A DNA stretch of 64,000 nt from Epiperipatus broadwayi. Its lineage: Eukaryota > Animalia > Onychophora. The notes below the pieces were generated by a model that did not search any database, had not been told where the DNA came from, and saw only the letters and a program-made list of their open reading frames with translations. Positions 50,652 through 63,734 of the stretch are shown here, one piece after another. The stretch spans positions 6,386,001 through 6,450,000 of the forward strand of contig JAQFVV010000007.1 in the NCBI GenBank assembly GCA_028023455.1, written 5' to 3'. The position numbers were made by a program, and so were the translations under genes. How positions within the stretch are numbered: the stretch's first letter is position 1; the number at the start of each line of letters is the position of its first letter.

Positions 50652-50743
50652 TGACAATATTCGCATAGAAATCAAACTCACACTTTTAGATTCTCAAATA
50701 TCGGATTTAAGGTAAACGCTCTAGCCAACTGAACTATTCTGTC
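50652..50743 (-). other. tRNA-like Pol III module in the PLE tail
   Basis: gacagaatagttcagttggctagagcg..ccttaaat..gagtttgatttc..tattgtca: A box, B box and pairing acceptor ends. Confidence 0.55.
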
Positions 50744-51265
50744 AAAGACAACAGATAATAGAAATTTTATATATTTTTATATGAGGGTTGGTTCAAATCC
50801 TCCTGAGTCCTTCAATTTTTTTTTCTAAGAGCAAGGTTAATTAGAGTTTTTTTTTTAAAAAAATTTCTAATAGTAAAGTTAATAAGAGGCTTCCATATAT
50901 TGTGTATTACCACACTGGGTTGATCTATTAAATTATTTGTCATTGTCATATGAGCAGCTTTTTCAATTTTCTTTTTGCATCTTTTCCTTTTTATCCAATA
51001 TTTTTGTATTTTCCCAATTAAACATGCATTCATTATCACATACATTGTCTGCTACTATAGACACATCTGTTTTTTCTCTTTTAATCATTAGTTTGGGTTC
51101 TTTCAATTGCTGTGCAATGGGGCAACAGGTCTCACCAATATATTTCCTTTTATATTCACATGGTATTTCATAGATGCAGTTTTTGTTCTTCAGCATTTCC
51201 AGTTTAGGCTTCGTAAAAGAATTCCTCAAAGTGGGGTATGGCTTTGGAAAGTTGTTCTGTTATAT

Positions 51266-54256
51266 TGAAACAGTAAGATTTGCTTTGCAGATCTTTGTTT
51301 CATCTTTTCTCACCGCTTTCCTACCTCATACCTTAGTTTAAACCCCAGAGTATCGTAGTGGGTCTGCAATGCGCTTATCTGCTGAAAATCCCACCCAATT
51401 TTAAACCACGAGTACAATGATCATGTTATATATATTTGTGTTTCTAATTCCCAGTATAAATAAATATTGTAAATTATATGTATGTACACATAAAAGATAT
51501 TTTTTTCAAAAGTAGGTTATATAGGTTGTAATTGCACACACACTGTGATATATTTATTTTCAAAACCTTAGGTAAAATAATACTTTGTTGTTTAACATTA
51601 TTTCTGTTTAAATCTATTTATAAAAAGATATTACATTCGTAATATTTGTTTTAGTTTAAAATAAAATTATATTCGTCCCATAAGTAGATTTAAACATTGA
51701 AAATTAAAAGTAAAATAATTTTTTTTTAGATCTTAAAATCACTCCACATATTTTCTGTTTAAAATAAATGAGGGTTGGTCAGAAACAATAGTTTAATTAA
51801 TATGTTCTAGGATCTTATCTAGAAATACAGCAGATGTCCACTTAAGGTAGTTTTTTTTAATTAGCAAAAGTTTTTTTTTATTAAATCAAAGTTTTAATCC
51901 GAATGTCTACAGGATAATTAACAATAGAAATTAATTAAAATTTTGTTGAATTCCTTTGGACATTCGGATGGGTTTAATTAGAGTATTGATAAGATAGCAA
52001 ATTTTGGTATATTTGAAACCCTCCAGGGCAGTTTTATTGTACAGTTCTGCTATATATAGAAGGGTTTTCTTTTGTTTTGTCATTCTGATTTTTCTGGGCA
52101 TTCTGATTTTATTCTGATTATAACTCATTCTGATTTTATTCTGATTATAATTTTTTCCGAGCTTTCTGATTTATTCTGATTATTTTATTATTATTAGTTT
52201 GCTAGTAGCCTGAAAGTTTTAATGTTTGAAGCCAAGTTTTCATCTTCAAATAGACTTTACAGTTTTCTAAAATATTGCATTTAAAGTTCTCTGAAACATT
52301 CAACCTTTAATGGAAATCCCAGGATGATGAAGTAGAGCCAGCAAGAAGGCTATTTTTCTTTCGGAAATGGCCATCCACTGCACATCAATGCCATCTGATG
52401 GCTTCACGTAAAAAGCCCTAAAAACTGCCACTGCTGCTAAAATGTGAACTGTAACTGGAATTTGTTGCCAAAGTCTTATGAGTGCTGCTACCATCGAGGT
52501 GGAAAGTCTCCACCTGAAATTTGCCTTCAAATGCCTACTGCTGACGAGGTAACCCAAATTAACCCAAGAGCTCTTATGATCGTATATTTCTCTTCTCAAG
52601 CTATAGCTAATTCTATATGTTTTTTGTATCTTATAATTATGTACTCATTTATTTAAATTCTATTACTTAATTAGTGTATTCTGTCTCTATACTTGGGTTA
52701 ATATTTTGTATTTTAATCTGTTTTTCTTTTATTATGATGGTGTGCCAGCATAGCCCTCGATCGAGTGAATTATTCCCTTTTATTTAAATCAAGATGCTAC
52801 CATTAAGGCGTTTTAAATTATAAATTTGTCCCATTTTATTATCTCGTTGAATTGCTCATTAAAGGGCTATCTTACTATTATTCCATTATTTCATGATTTT
52901 TGTAGTTAAAATCCACATGTTTATTGGTTTTAACATAATATGAGAATATGCGCAGTCAATGAGTAAATATTTAAAAATGCATGATTGCATAATAAACATA
53001 TTTTCTTTTAAAACCCCACAATCATGCATTATCCCACTTTAAATATGTTTCATTGTTATGCTTAAATTTCCAAGCTTATAATTTTGAGATCAAGAATGTG
53101 TGGACTTTCTTTCTTAAAATAACTATTTGGGGAGTTGATTATGTGCTTTATCAAGCTAAATGAATCCTGTTTAAAATATTTTATATACTTATTTGAGTGT
53201 TGCTAGTAGGAGTATTGGGTGTCTGAGATCGCTTTGCTCCTCCAAAGGGCTTTAAATGGCTAAGACCATTTCCCCTTCACTTTCTGTGGTTCCCAGTCAG
53301 AGTGTGTATTTGAAATTGTCATACCTGGGAATTCTACACAGTTGTCACACAATCACTAAGATTTGGATGAGTCCAGACTTGGGCTGCCATGTGACATCAC
53401 CTCCTATGGATTTAGGGCAAAATGCCTTCTGTATTTTATTTCACTTATTTATTATATAATTCTTTATTTTGCAAAGTTCCTGTGGTTTAAATGTATCACA
53501 CCCTCCATCCTTTACAGAAATTCCTCACTAGCACCACCAACCTCCCAATGTAATTTAGTTATTTCTATGAATATAAATGCCTTAATCATGTCCCCACCTA
53601 ATAGCTTAATGAGCATCAGTCCATTCTATTCTCAAATTCAAGAAATGTTATATTAAACTTTAGTGTCGTCAAACCCTTTTATTCAATTATTTCTGATATT
53701 TACTTAAAACACCTCACATATCTTCATAAACTTTCTTAGGCACATTATTGTAAGGTTATTGTATTAGCCTGAGATATAGAGAATACATTAACAACCTATA
53801 AATCTAAATGTTCATTAATATTGTTTTAAAACACAATCTTAGTAAACATCACTGTCTAACATATGCAGACAGTGTGCGAATTATATATATTTTGAGAGCG
53901 TAATAAATCTTTTAAATTTACTAAATTTTTATTTTTTATTTTCTTGATCTATATCACTATCTCAGTCTATATCTGTTATATATCTCTTTTGTGCCATCCA
54001 TAGACATTTAGTTAGCAAACCCAAGTTTATAGTGTAGTATAGAGTCTCTTAATTTCTCCCTGATCACCGGCACTGGTTAAAAGGTTATATTATTAGTAGC
54101 ATCAGATGTGTTGTCACGTAGATGGCACTGTGGAATTTAGACTTTAGATTCAAACCTAGGATATCTAGAAGGCAACCCCTCCTAGAGTGTTCAGTTTTGT
54201 GTTTGGGGTTTAAATTCTGCAGTGTGTTAGCGAGATATACGAATCTGACCATTACA
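51266..54256. mobile_element. TG...CA-bounded insertion with 4-bp ATAT TSD (LTR-retrotransposon-like, decayed)
   Basis: atat|tgaaac ... ttaca|atat. Removing it restores the PLE sequence seen uninterrupted at 57560-57600. Paired LTRs are not evident. Confidence 0.55.
52080..52190. repeat. Minisatellite (ttctgattttattctgatta-like units)
   Basis: Direct reading of the sequence. Confidence 0.8.
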
Positions 54257-57200
54257 ATATTTACTGCAGATTTTCTTTAATTAGTCTGTCATTCCTGGAA
54301 TGTATGGATGTGCTACAGTACTAATAATTGTTTTTTTGGTTTTCTTTTTATTGTCTAATAAAGGTTTCCTCCATGATGACTGATGGATAACCATTCTTCA
54401 TGAGAGTTTGTTCTATGTGAATCTTTTCATTTTCCAAATCACTGGTTTCTGAAAAAACTTCCTTTGCTGTATTCCATAGTGATAGTATAATTCCATGTTT
54501 AGTGTTTCTGGTAAGATTGGATATGTATGCCAAGTAGTTGCCAGTGTGTGTTGGTTTCCTATAACTTGTTGTTTTTATTTTGCCCTGAGAAAGACTTCTT
54601 ACAAGAAAATCTAAGATTGCCAATTATTGTTCTCATTATGATTCCATTGTAAATTTAATTGAGGGAGAAGTTGTTGATATGCATCCAGAATGACTGTAAT
54701 TGTGCTTTACCATGCATTCATACCACAAATGTATCATCAACATAGCAAAGCCACAGTTTAGGCAAACATGGGGTAGTATTTATCACTGTGGTTTCAAGTA
54801 CTTCCATGTAAATGTTGTTCAGCAAGGATAGTGGTGATCCATGGCCATCCTTTGATTTTGTTGGAAAAATTCTGAGTTATATTGAAAGTATATTGTTGTT
54901 ATGAATAACATTAATAATTCCATTATACTATCAATAGGTAGAGTTTTCTCATTTGTAGATTATTATCATCATATAATCTTTCTGTTACAATAGACAATGC
55001 CTCATCACACAGTAAATAGATTTGACAGATCAAAGTTTACCAATTTGTCAATTCTTTTCATTTTCATGTCCCTGACTAAATCTACAAAGTGCTTAGAATC
55101 ACTGACAAGGGATTGTGTTGTATATGCCAATGGACTAAGAACTACAAGAAAAAATCTGACAAAATTTTAACATGGTGAGTTTTTGGAACTAACAATAGGC
55201 CTTAATGGAATAATTAAACATTGTCCTTATGGATTTTGTAGTTCATACATATGAGGAATCTTGCTGAAATATAAATGTAATTTCTTTTTTTCTGACTCAC
55301 CGAAATATCTGTGATATTTCTGGAGTAATGCTTGTAATTTTATCTCATATTTAGAATTGGATTTTTTGCTATTTTTTTTGTATTGGCCTTCTGTGAGAAG
55401 TTTTTTGTATTTTATTATCATAATCAATTTGATCCATTATAACTGTAGTGTTACCTTTGACAGGAGGAAGAATGATTATAGATGTGTTCTGTTTGAGATT
55501 TAATGAATTTCCTCTCATCACATGGAATATTTGATTTCCATTTCTGCATTTGATATCAACTATCCAGTGTAACTCTGCTGCTTCTACCAGAAGCAATGTT
55601 TGGATAACTTCCTCAGTGGCTGCCATTATATTCAATAGCACAGTAAATGGAGTAATGGTGAACTTCAAACCTTTTCCAAAATCGGATAATTCAGCATCAG
55701 TAACATGTTTAGAACTAAGACTTTCCACTGATGAAGCTAGTAGATTGCTAGTTGTAGTATGACTTTTGACTTGGCCATGTAGATTTAAAAGCTTTTTCTT
55801 CTGATGTTCATTTATCCTTCCATGTTATTTACAATAAGATCTTTTCGCTGCTTGATAAATTCTTAATACTTCATCTGTATATGTAAGTCTATTTTTAGAA
55901 AACATTTCACATTTCTAATAAAACAGAAAGTCTGAAGCTTGAAAAACCATTGAACATTTATTCTTTCTCTCAATAGAGGCGCATTTATTCTCTGAATAAT
56001 TTTCTCCACTCTCTTGGAGAAAATAGGAGGTTTTATTTGCAAACCCTTAGGACTAATATCTTCTGAATTACATTTACATAAAGTCAGAAGAAGTTTGTAA
56101 ATCTACTTAGCAAGTCAAAAGTCATACTGCAATTAGTCTACCAGCTTCATCCGAAAAAAATATTTGTTCTAAATACTTTATTGATGCTGAATTATCTATT
56201 CTTGGAAAAGCTTTGAATTTCATCATCTACTGTCTATTATTGGATATAATGGCAGCCACTGAGGAAGTTATCAAAAAATTGCCTCTGGAAAAAAGCAGCA
56301 GAGTTACACTGGAAAGTTAAAATGACACTTGAGAGACATCAAGTACAGAAGCGGAAACCAAACATTCCATGTGATGAGAGGAAATTCTCTCAAAGAGAAT
56401 ACATCTATAATCATTCTTCCTGCTGACAAAGGTAACAATATAGTTATAATGGATAAAACTGTTTAGGAAAACAAAATACAAGAACTTCTTACAGCAGGCA
56501 AATACAAAAAGCAGCAAAAAATCCATTTCGAAATATAGAGATAAAGTTACAAGCATTACTCTGGAAGCACTGCATGTATTTCACTAATTTAAAAAAAGAG
56601 GAAATTAATTTTATATTTCAGCAAGATTCCTCACCTATACGAACTACCTATACTCCATAAAGACTTATTTCCATTATTCCATTAAGATCTTTTGTTAGTT
56701 CTAGAATTCACCATGCCAAAAATGTGTCAAGATTTCTTCTCATAGTTCTTAGTCCATTGGAATACAGAACACAGTCCTTAATCAGAGATTTTAAGCACTT
56801 TGCAGAATTAGTCAGGGACATGAAAATGGAAAGAATTGACATATGCCTATTGTAAAGAAAAGGTTATATGATGATAATAGTCTACAAACTGTAACAATTC
56901 TACTTACTGATAGTATAATGGAATTGTTTATGTTCTGCATGCCAACAACACACTTTCAATATAACTCAGAATTCTCCAACAAAAGTAAGGGAGGCCATGG
57001 ATCACCATTGTCCTTGTTGAGCAAGATTTACGTGAAAAAACTTGAAACCATAGCCATAAATACTATTCCATGTCTTCCTAAAGTGTGGCTTCACTATGTT
57101 GATGATACATTTGTGGTATGGCCTATGGTGATGTGAAGTTACAGTTATTCTGGATGCATAATTAACAACTTATCTCCTTCAGTTAAATTCACAATGGCAT

Positions 57201-58050
57201 TTTGAATGAAAACAAAAATTAGCATTTTTAGGTGTTCTTGTGATAAGATTCCCTCATGACAAAGTAAAAACAACATGGTATAAGAAACCAACACAAACTG
57301 TAAAGTATGGCTTATACACCCAATCATACCAGAAACACTAAACATGGAATTAAACAATCACTATGGAACAGATCAAACGAAGTTTGTTTGGGAAATGAAA
57401 ATATTCACATAGATCAAACTCTCATGAAGAATGGTTTTCCATCAGCCATCATTCAGGAAACCTTTAATAGATAACAAAAAGAGAGACCAAAAGAGAAAAA
57501 ACAGTGATTGGTACTGTAATGTACCCAAACATACCAGGAATGGTTGACAAATTAAAGAAAATCTGCAGTCAATATAACATTAGAACAGCTTTTCAAAGCC
57601 ATACAGTACTTCAAGGAATTCTTATTTCTATCAAATGATGAAAAAACAAGAACTGTATCTATTAATATCATGTAAATGTGAAATAAAATATATTGGTGAT
57701 GCCTGTCACTCTGTTGAACAGTGGTTGAAAGAACCTGAACTAATGGTTAAAAGAGAAATAACAGATGTGTGTACAGTAGCAGACCATGCTTCTAATATCC
57801 ATATGTTTAATTGGGAAAATATAAAAATATTGGATAGTGAGGAAAAGGTGTAAAGAAGAAAATTCAAGGAAGCTGCTCATATGACAATGGCAAATAAACA
57901 TATAAATCAACCAATTAATCTTGCTATTAAAAAAATAATTTTAAAAAGCCTCTAATTAACCTTGCTCTTGCAAAAAAATTGAAGAACTCAGGAGGATTTG
58001 AACCAACCCTCATATATACATGTATGAAATGTCTACTATCTGTTGCCTTT

Positions 58051-58142
58051 GACAGAATAGCTCAGTTGCTTAGAGGGTTTATCTTAAATTTGATATTCGA
58101 AAATCTAAAAGTGTGAGTTTGACTCCTATGTGAATACTGTCA
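58051..58142 (+). other. tRNA-like Pol III module in the PLE tail
   Basis: A box tagctcagttgc at 58058-58069, B box gagtttgactcc at 58115-58126, and GACAG/CTGTC ends. Confidence 0.55.
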
Positions 58143-58157
58143 CTGGTCAAGCCAGCA

Positions 58158-58202
58158 ACACCTGAAGAAGAGTAAAGAATAATACTACTCAAATCATTGT
58201 GT
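58158..58202 (+). ncRNA. PLE-tail hammerhead, decayed
   Basis: ACAC CUGAAGA A GAGUA..UACUC AAAU CAUU GUGU; stems I and II pair. Confidence 0.55.
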
Positions 58203-58300
58203 AATTAATACCCTCTGTTGTCTGTTTGTGTGTTATTACTGACAAATTGTAGTAAAGTTTAAAATTTTCTATACATTCAACATTTACTGATAGATGATAT

Positions 58301-60200
58301 TGTAACGAGCACAGACGTTCGTTACATTGTTGTTTTTTTATTTATTAAACATGAAAGTAAATTAAAAAGTTCGCATTTAAAAATTTTCTTTAAGAATTAA
58401 AAATTGAAATTAAATATCATCTTAAACTCGTATATATTAAATCGCACAGATAATGAAAAATTATTAAAATAAAACTTTATTAAAGAAAAAGTATTTTAAA
58501 ACTAAATTTTAAAAAGATTTGGAGATAAAATTATATCTTTAAATTTATCTTTAAATATATCTTTGATTTGGAAAACAGGTTAATTAATCAGAAATGGAAA
58601 TGATAAATTTAATTAGTCAAATGTAAACCAGCCTTGGGCATTTAAATGTAAAAACATCGGTCAGATAGGAAAACAATAGAAACTTTTAGCAAATGAAATA
58701 AATCCATTGGGAAATCGGACCTCAACGAAAAGGATCATCACATCGATGACATAATGTTAAGTCAATCTTTCAAAGTAATATAAAAGGACAAGTTTGGAAA
58801 TTATTAGGGAGTGATTATGATTATTATGATGTGAGAGATATGTGTTAGTGTGGAAGTGAAGGAGAAGGGATTGAAAAAGACGCATGATTCAATCCCTTCA
58901 GTTTTGCTAGGTAAGAAAGATAAATGAACTATCGTTTTTCTACATTGAGGACCAGTTAAAGCAAAAACCTCCAGATGGATAAATAAATCGGCCTTCAGAA
59001 TATTAACCTCTTTAGGATGGCATGGGAATTTACGTTCATGGCAAGCAACGGATAAAGTTGGACGTTTTAAAAATCGTAAGAACTTTATATTCACTTGAAA
59101 CAATAAGAACTCTAAATTTTAAAACTTTTTAGTAAATAATGCAATAGAATCCTATCTGACCAAACTAAATTCTTCATTAATAATGTTATTTGATGTATTT
59201 GTTATTTATTTATTTAAAATCATTTCCATTTATTTAACTTTGTTCTTTAAGTTTATTTATGATTTCTGTTTTCCGATAAATTAAAATATATCAATGTTAA
59301 ACTTAAGTCGGGCGTGAATGGCTGTATAGATTTGTAAAGTTATATTAGGGGAGGGTAATCTTAGGTTATTTGTGTTGTTGTTAAATTGGGTCAATGGATT
59401 GGATATATTGATGTAGTTAGTAGATGTAGTCGGAGATTCGCTACTGGCAGAATCGTTTATATATACGCCGCACTCACCCGTTTGCCTATGGAAGGAATTA
59501 TAAGACGGAGAACGCAGTTCCTTTCTATGGAGTTTTTTTTATTGTTCTTCTCATTAGATAGATGTAATATTCCTATCTGATGAGAGTCAATGTCTTTTCT
59601 TAATCTTTTTGGTGCTGCCGTATTCCGTATTACATTGAATACATCGATGTATCAGATGGATTGATGCCAGTTTGACTGCGAATTTTAGCCTAAGGTTAAA
59701 TAGGGATATAATATTTTATTTTCAAATGCAAATCTACGTAGTCTATTCATACTTGACCCTAAATAAAAATGCATTAAATTTAAGTTGTTTATAGACGCTT
59801 GCATGGATTGGTTAACGGTGAATTGTGTTTCGGGTTTTCATATTTGATCAAAATATATAGACATTCGATAAATAATGATACCTTACGGGGAGTATCTAAA
59901 ATGTATTTATTCGGATGTCTTTTAAGTTATTGGTGACAATGCAAGTATCTTATGCTGAATACTAGAGGGTTTCTTATATTTCCCTATGCAATTATCAGTA
60001 ATCAATAATTTTGTATTTTGATCGTTTATGTTTATTTTGAAATGTTTTTGACCGTTGAAATCTATGTAACCGATCTATAGCAACATATTAAAACAAGCTT
60101 TTATAATCCCATCTGTGCGAACTTAATTAAAATGTAAACTTATAATATAATAGAAATTAAAATGTAAATTAACACCTAAGGTAAAGTTAAAAATAATGTT
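58301..60200. mobile_element. Unclassified TG-initiated repeat (LTR-like); second copy starts at 63732
   Basis: The first ~250 bp align with 63732-64000; both begin ATAT|TGTAA with a terminal hairpin. The right boundary is uncertain. Confidence 0.45.
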
Positions 60201-61059
60201 AAATGTTAAAATGTAAAACTAATACTAAAATAATTTTAAATCTTATATATATGTGCATAAATAAATGTTTGTATGTTAATTACTGGCAGTGGCTTATTTT
60301 ATTCCTCTTATATATATATTCTTATATTATATTATTAAATCTCTGCTACTCCCTGAGCTAGTGACTTGGGCTAATGACCGGAACCAAAATAAAAAAAAAA
60401 ATTTTTTTTGGACTTACGTATCTGCCTACTTTATAAATTTTTCTAGGTTCAAATGCCTAGATGGTGCCCTGTAGTGCAGTTTACGTTAAGTGCTATTCTC
60501 CGGATCGTTATAATATAAATAGTCCAACATATTTTCACATCTAATACCTTTAGGCAGAAGAGTGATTGTACATCTTCAAGACCTTTTACAGCAATTTTAC
60601 AAGAAGTTTGTTATTTTAATCCATCTAAATTAATAATTTGGCTAAGGTATCGATAGAAGTATACTTTCATCCATTCATGATGTTATTAATTCATTTTCTT
60701 CATCCAAGAAAGCCATTAAACATTAGTATACTCCCCTTTTTATTACTGATAAACAGAATATTTCAAAAATTTATAAAATACAACATTTTAAATTATTTTC
60801 TCTAATATATGATGCACTCATAAATTTTAACCATGTTACCATCTCATCATACATTATCCAAAACTATAAATTAATAATTCAACAGCTTATTACCCAAAAG
60901 ATGAATATGTTTTGTTGGATATATATTTACACAATCCATATGTAAACATTCTATTAAGTTTGATATATTGGTTTAAAAAACAAATCCATGCTATATTATC
61001 ATGCAATTAAAAAAATTTCTTTTTGCCATTCAGAGTAAGAAAAACTTTAGACTCTTTAA

Positions 61060-61782
61060 TAAATTGAGACACTGCCAAATCTGTTTGCACTCATTACAAT
61101 ACTTATCTGACAGCCAATCAGATGTCATAATAGCTGTCCAAATAACAACCAAACCTAAACACATGACAAAGAAAGATTTTATGAGAAAAGGGTGGCCATA
61201 CCCTTTTTCTCTACTTTTCTTTCTATATATCTAAGTCAGTCATAAGTATTTAGGTCTGAAAGCTTGAAGCTTTACATATTTTCACAAGTAACCCACTGAG
61301 TGTAAATTATATTTGACTGGCTGTCAGATAAGTATTGTAATGAGGGCAAAGAGATTTGGCAGTATCACAATTTATTTCAATTTTCAACTATCTGCGCTTC
61401 GCAAATTAAAATATTATTTACAGACTTTACTGCTTGTTATGTATTCTAAAAACTACTATGTAGTAAATCATAGGATTTTGCATTGAACGTTTATGATTTA
61501 GACTCAGTGGGTTATTTGTGAAGATATTTAAAGTTTTAAGCTTTCAGACCTAAATACTTACGACTGGCTTAGATATATAGAAAGAAAAGTAGAGGAAAAG
61601 GGTGTGGCCACCTTTTTCTCATAAAATCTTTGTCGCATGTTTAGGTTTGGTTATTTGGACAGCTATCATGACATCTGATTGGCTGTCAGATAAGTATTAT
61701 AATGAATGCAAAGAGATTTGGCAATATCTCAATTTATTTTAATTTTCAACTATCTGCACTTCACAAATTAAAATATTATTTA
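61060..61782. repeat. Palindrome (~240-bp arms) with a direct duplicate of its tail inside the spacer
   Basis: 61060-61300 pairs with 61497-61737; 61319-61420 repeats 61681-61782. Confidence 0.85.
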
Positions 61783-61923
61783 GACTCTTTAGCATTTATT
61801 TTTAGTCCTATTTATATTTTCGTGCAATATTTCCTGGAGCTCTGAGCAATATGTGCAATGATAACCACATCAACTGTAATACATAATTGACTTAAATAAG
61901 ATCCATGTTTTATTCCATTAGTT

Positions 61924-62190
61924 TCATCTATTAATTAATTCACAAAATACTTCATGAAAAGTGGCTATAAAAAATTTTGGAGATATAAAATCACCCTGTC
62001 TTATACTTTTTTCAATCATCTTAGTATCATCTTGAAATCTAACCACTGGTGTTGTATTTTGATAAACATTCTTCAGAATATGACAATATTCCAGGTTTAT
62101 ATTTGGATTATCTAAAGCTTTATTTATTTTAGAGATACCTGTAGAAATAAATGCTTTTTCATAATTTACAATTCCAAAACACAATAGTGA
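61924..62190 (-). mobile_element. RTE LINE RT fragment
   Basis: IVNYEKAF..IRQGDFISPKFF resembles RTE FVDYEKAFDSV / VRQGDxISPKLF. Confidence 0.8.
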
Positions 62191-63640
62191 TCATATTCAT
62201 TGGTTCTTTTTATAACTTCTTTTAATTTTTGGAAAAGAGTAACTTAGCTATAGCATAAGATGTGTTACACACATAATGCAAATAACTTTATGGACTTGAG
62301 AGTATAGTACTATTAAATTTATGCATCAGGAATTAAATATTTTAGATTACATCATGTTAATTTACCGAAAGCTTTAAATAATCAAATCATCAGAATGATT
62401 AAATTTTTATTTTGAATGTATGAAAAGTATAGCTGTTTAGAAGGATTATTTGATTGAGTTATTTAAGGTTACTCTTTTGACAGCCAAAGTTATTAATTTG
62501 TTTTATCCCAATAAATGAGAGTGTGATCTCTTCAACTTGTATATTTGTGACCATAATAAGATATTTATTTATCCAGTGTTGTTTGCTAATAAAAGATGTT
62601 AGAGTTAATTAACAGCCTAAACATATTCGATGTTAGAATATGAGGGCATTATTTCATTTGTTTATTCATGTCTTATAAATGTCTAATCAATAAATAATAA
62701 AGTGTATAATAAAAAGAGATATCAGATCCATATTGGCAAATGTATTTGTAAATTTAGGAATTAGGATAAACAGTCCCAATGTGAACCAATTATATTTATT
62801 TTGCCTGAAAAATGTAAATAAATGCTTTATTTAATAAAAACTTTGTCTCAAGTTATTCTTATATACATTCATATTCTACTTTCCACATTCCACATATCTA
62901 TTACAACATAAATGCACTACTTTATAAATTTGATAATGAACATACTGAAATCTGATAATATTGTTTTCTTGACCCAAACATTATATGAAATACTTTACCG
63001 TTTGGTAAACTTATGAAGAAGGTTGTATACTCAATTTATTATTTAGACAATATTGTGAGATTAAAAGGTACCCTGTTTCCTTCATTATCTATTTGCTAGT
63101 CCAGTGAATTTTTTATTGTAATAGTTATAAGTTATCGTATAATAGAATTTCTTATTAATCAAATTGTCTTAAAGATTCCCTGAGATCTATATTTCATAGT
63201 TCCAACTTAATATTAATTTAGCTATTTAAATTAAGGTATGCTAGATAGTAGAGTTATTTAATATCATGTTTTCTTTTAAAGTTATATTGTAGCTAATATA
63301 AGAGTGTATTTAGATGATGGAAAAAATCAAATTGAAATTATAGTTTATTAGCTTGAATAAATGAAACTTTATTGATTTCTATCATTTGGTTGATTAACAA
63401 ATGAGGCATATATCTTATTTTGATGATCAATAGTATTTCTTCCTTCATTTATTTATATTCTATATATTCTTGACTTCCTATAACCCTCCACTGAGCTAAG
63501 CTATAAGTCAGGCATAAGCAGAAGAGTCTCAATATTAATCTAAAACAAAATAAAGTTGTTAATTTATTCTATTCATTAATAGAATTGGACCCTGGGCATT
63601 TGTTCATATAATGTGTAGGATTGGTGATAAGTAGGGGATT

Positions 63641-63643
<3 letters not shown>

Positions 63644-63731
<88 letters not shown>
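63644..63731. repeat. (TA)n microsatellite
   Basis: Direct reading; one G interruption. Confidence 0.95.

Positions 63732-63734
<3 letters not shown>

Larger units (their letters stand above)
50497..55990 (-). mobile_element. Penelope-like element, left copy (RT and GIY-YIG, decayed), split by the 51266-54256 insertion
   Basis: LSSKHVTDAELSDFGKGLKF, IIILPPVKGNTTVIMD, LWLCYVDDTFVV (~54735), SYRKPTHTG..KNGYP, and IYEIPCEYKRKYIGET motifs. Confidence 0.85.
56075..58296 (+). mobile_element. Penelope-like element, right copy (decayed)
   Basis: IILPADKGN, GSPLS, VWLHYVDDTFVVWP (57095), YKKPT, KNGFP, and ISCKCEIKYIGD motifs; inverted homolog of 50497-55810. Confidence 0.85.

Noticed and set aside
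55727-55760. ctgatgaagctagtagattgctag as a hammerhead
   Set aside because: No GAAA or stem III follows; it is the antisense of the PLE ORF N-terminus.
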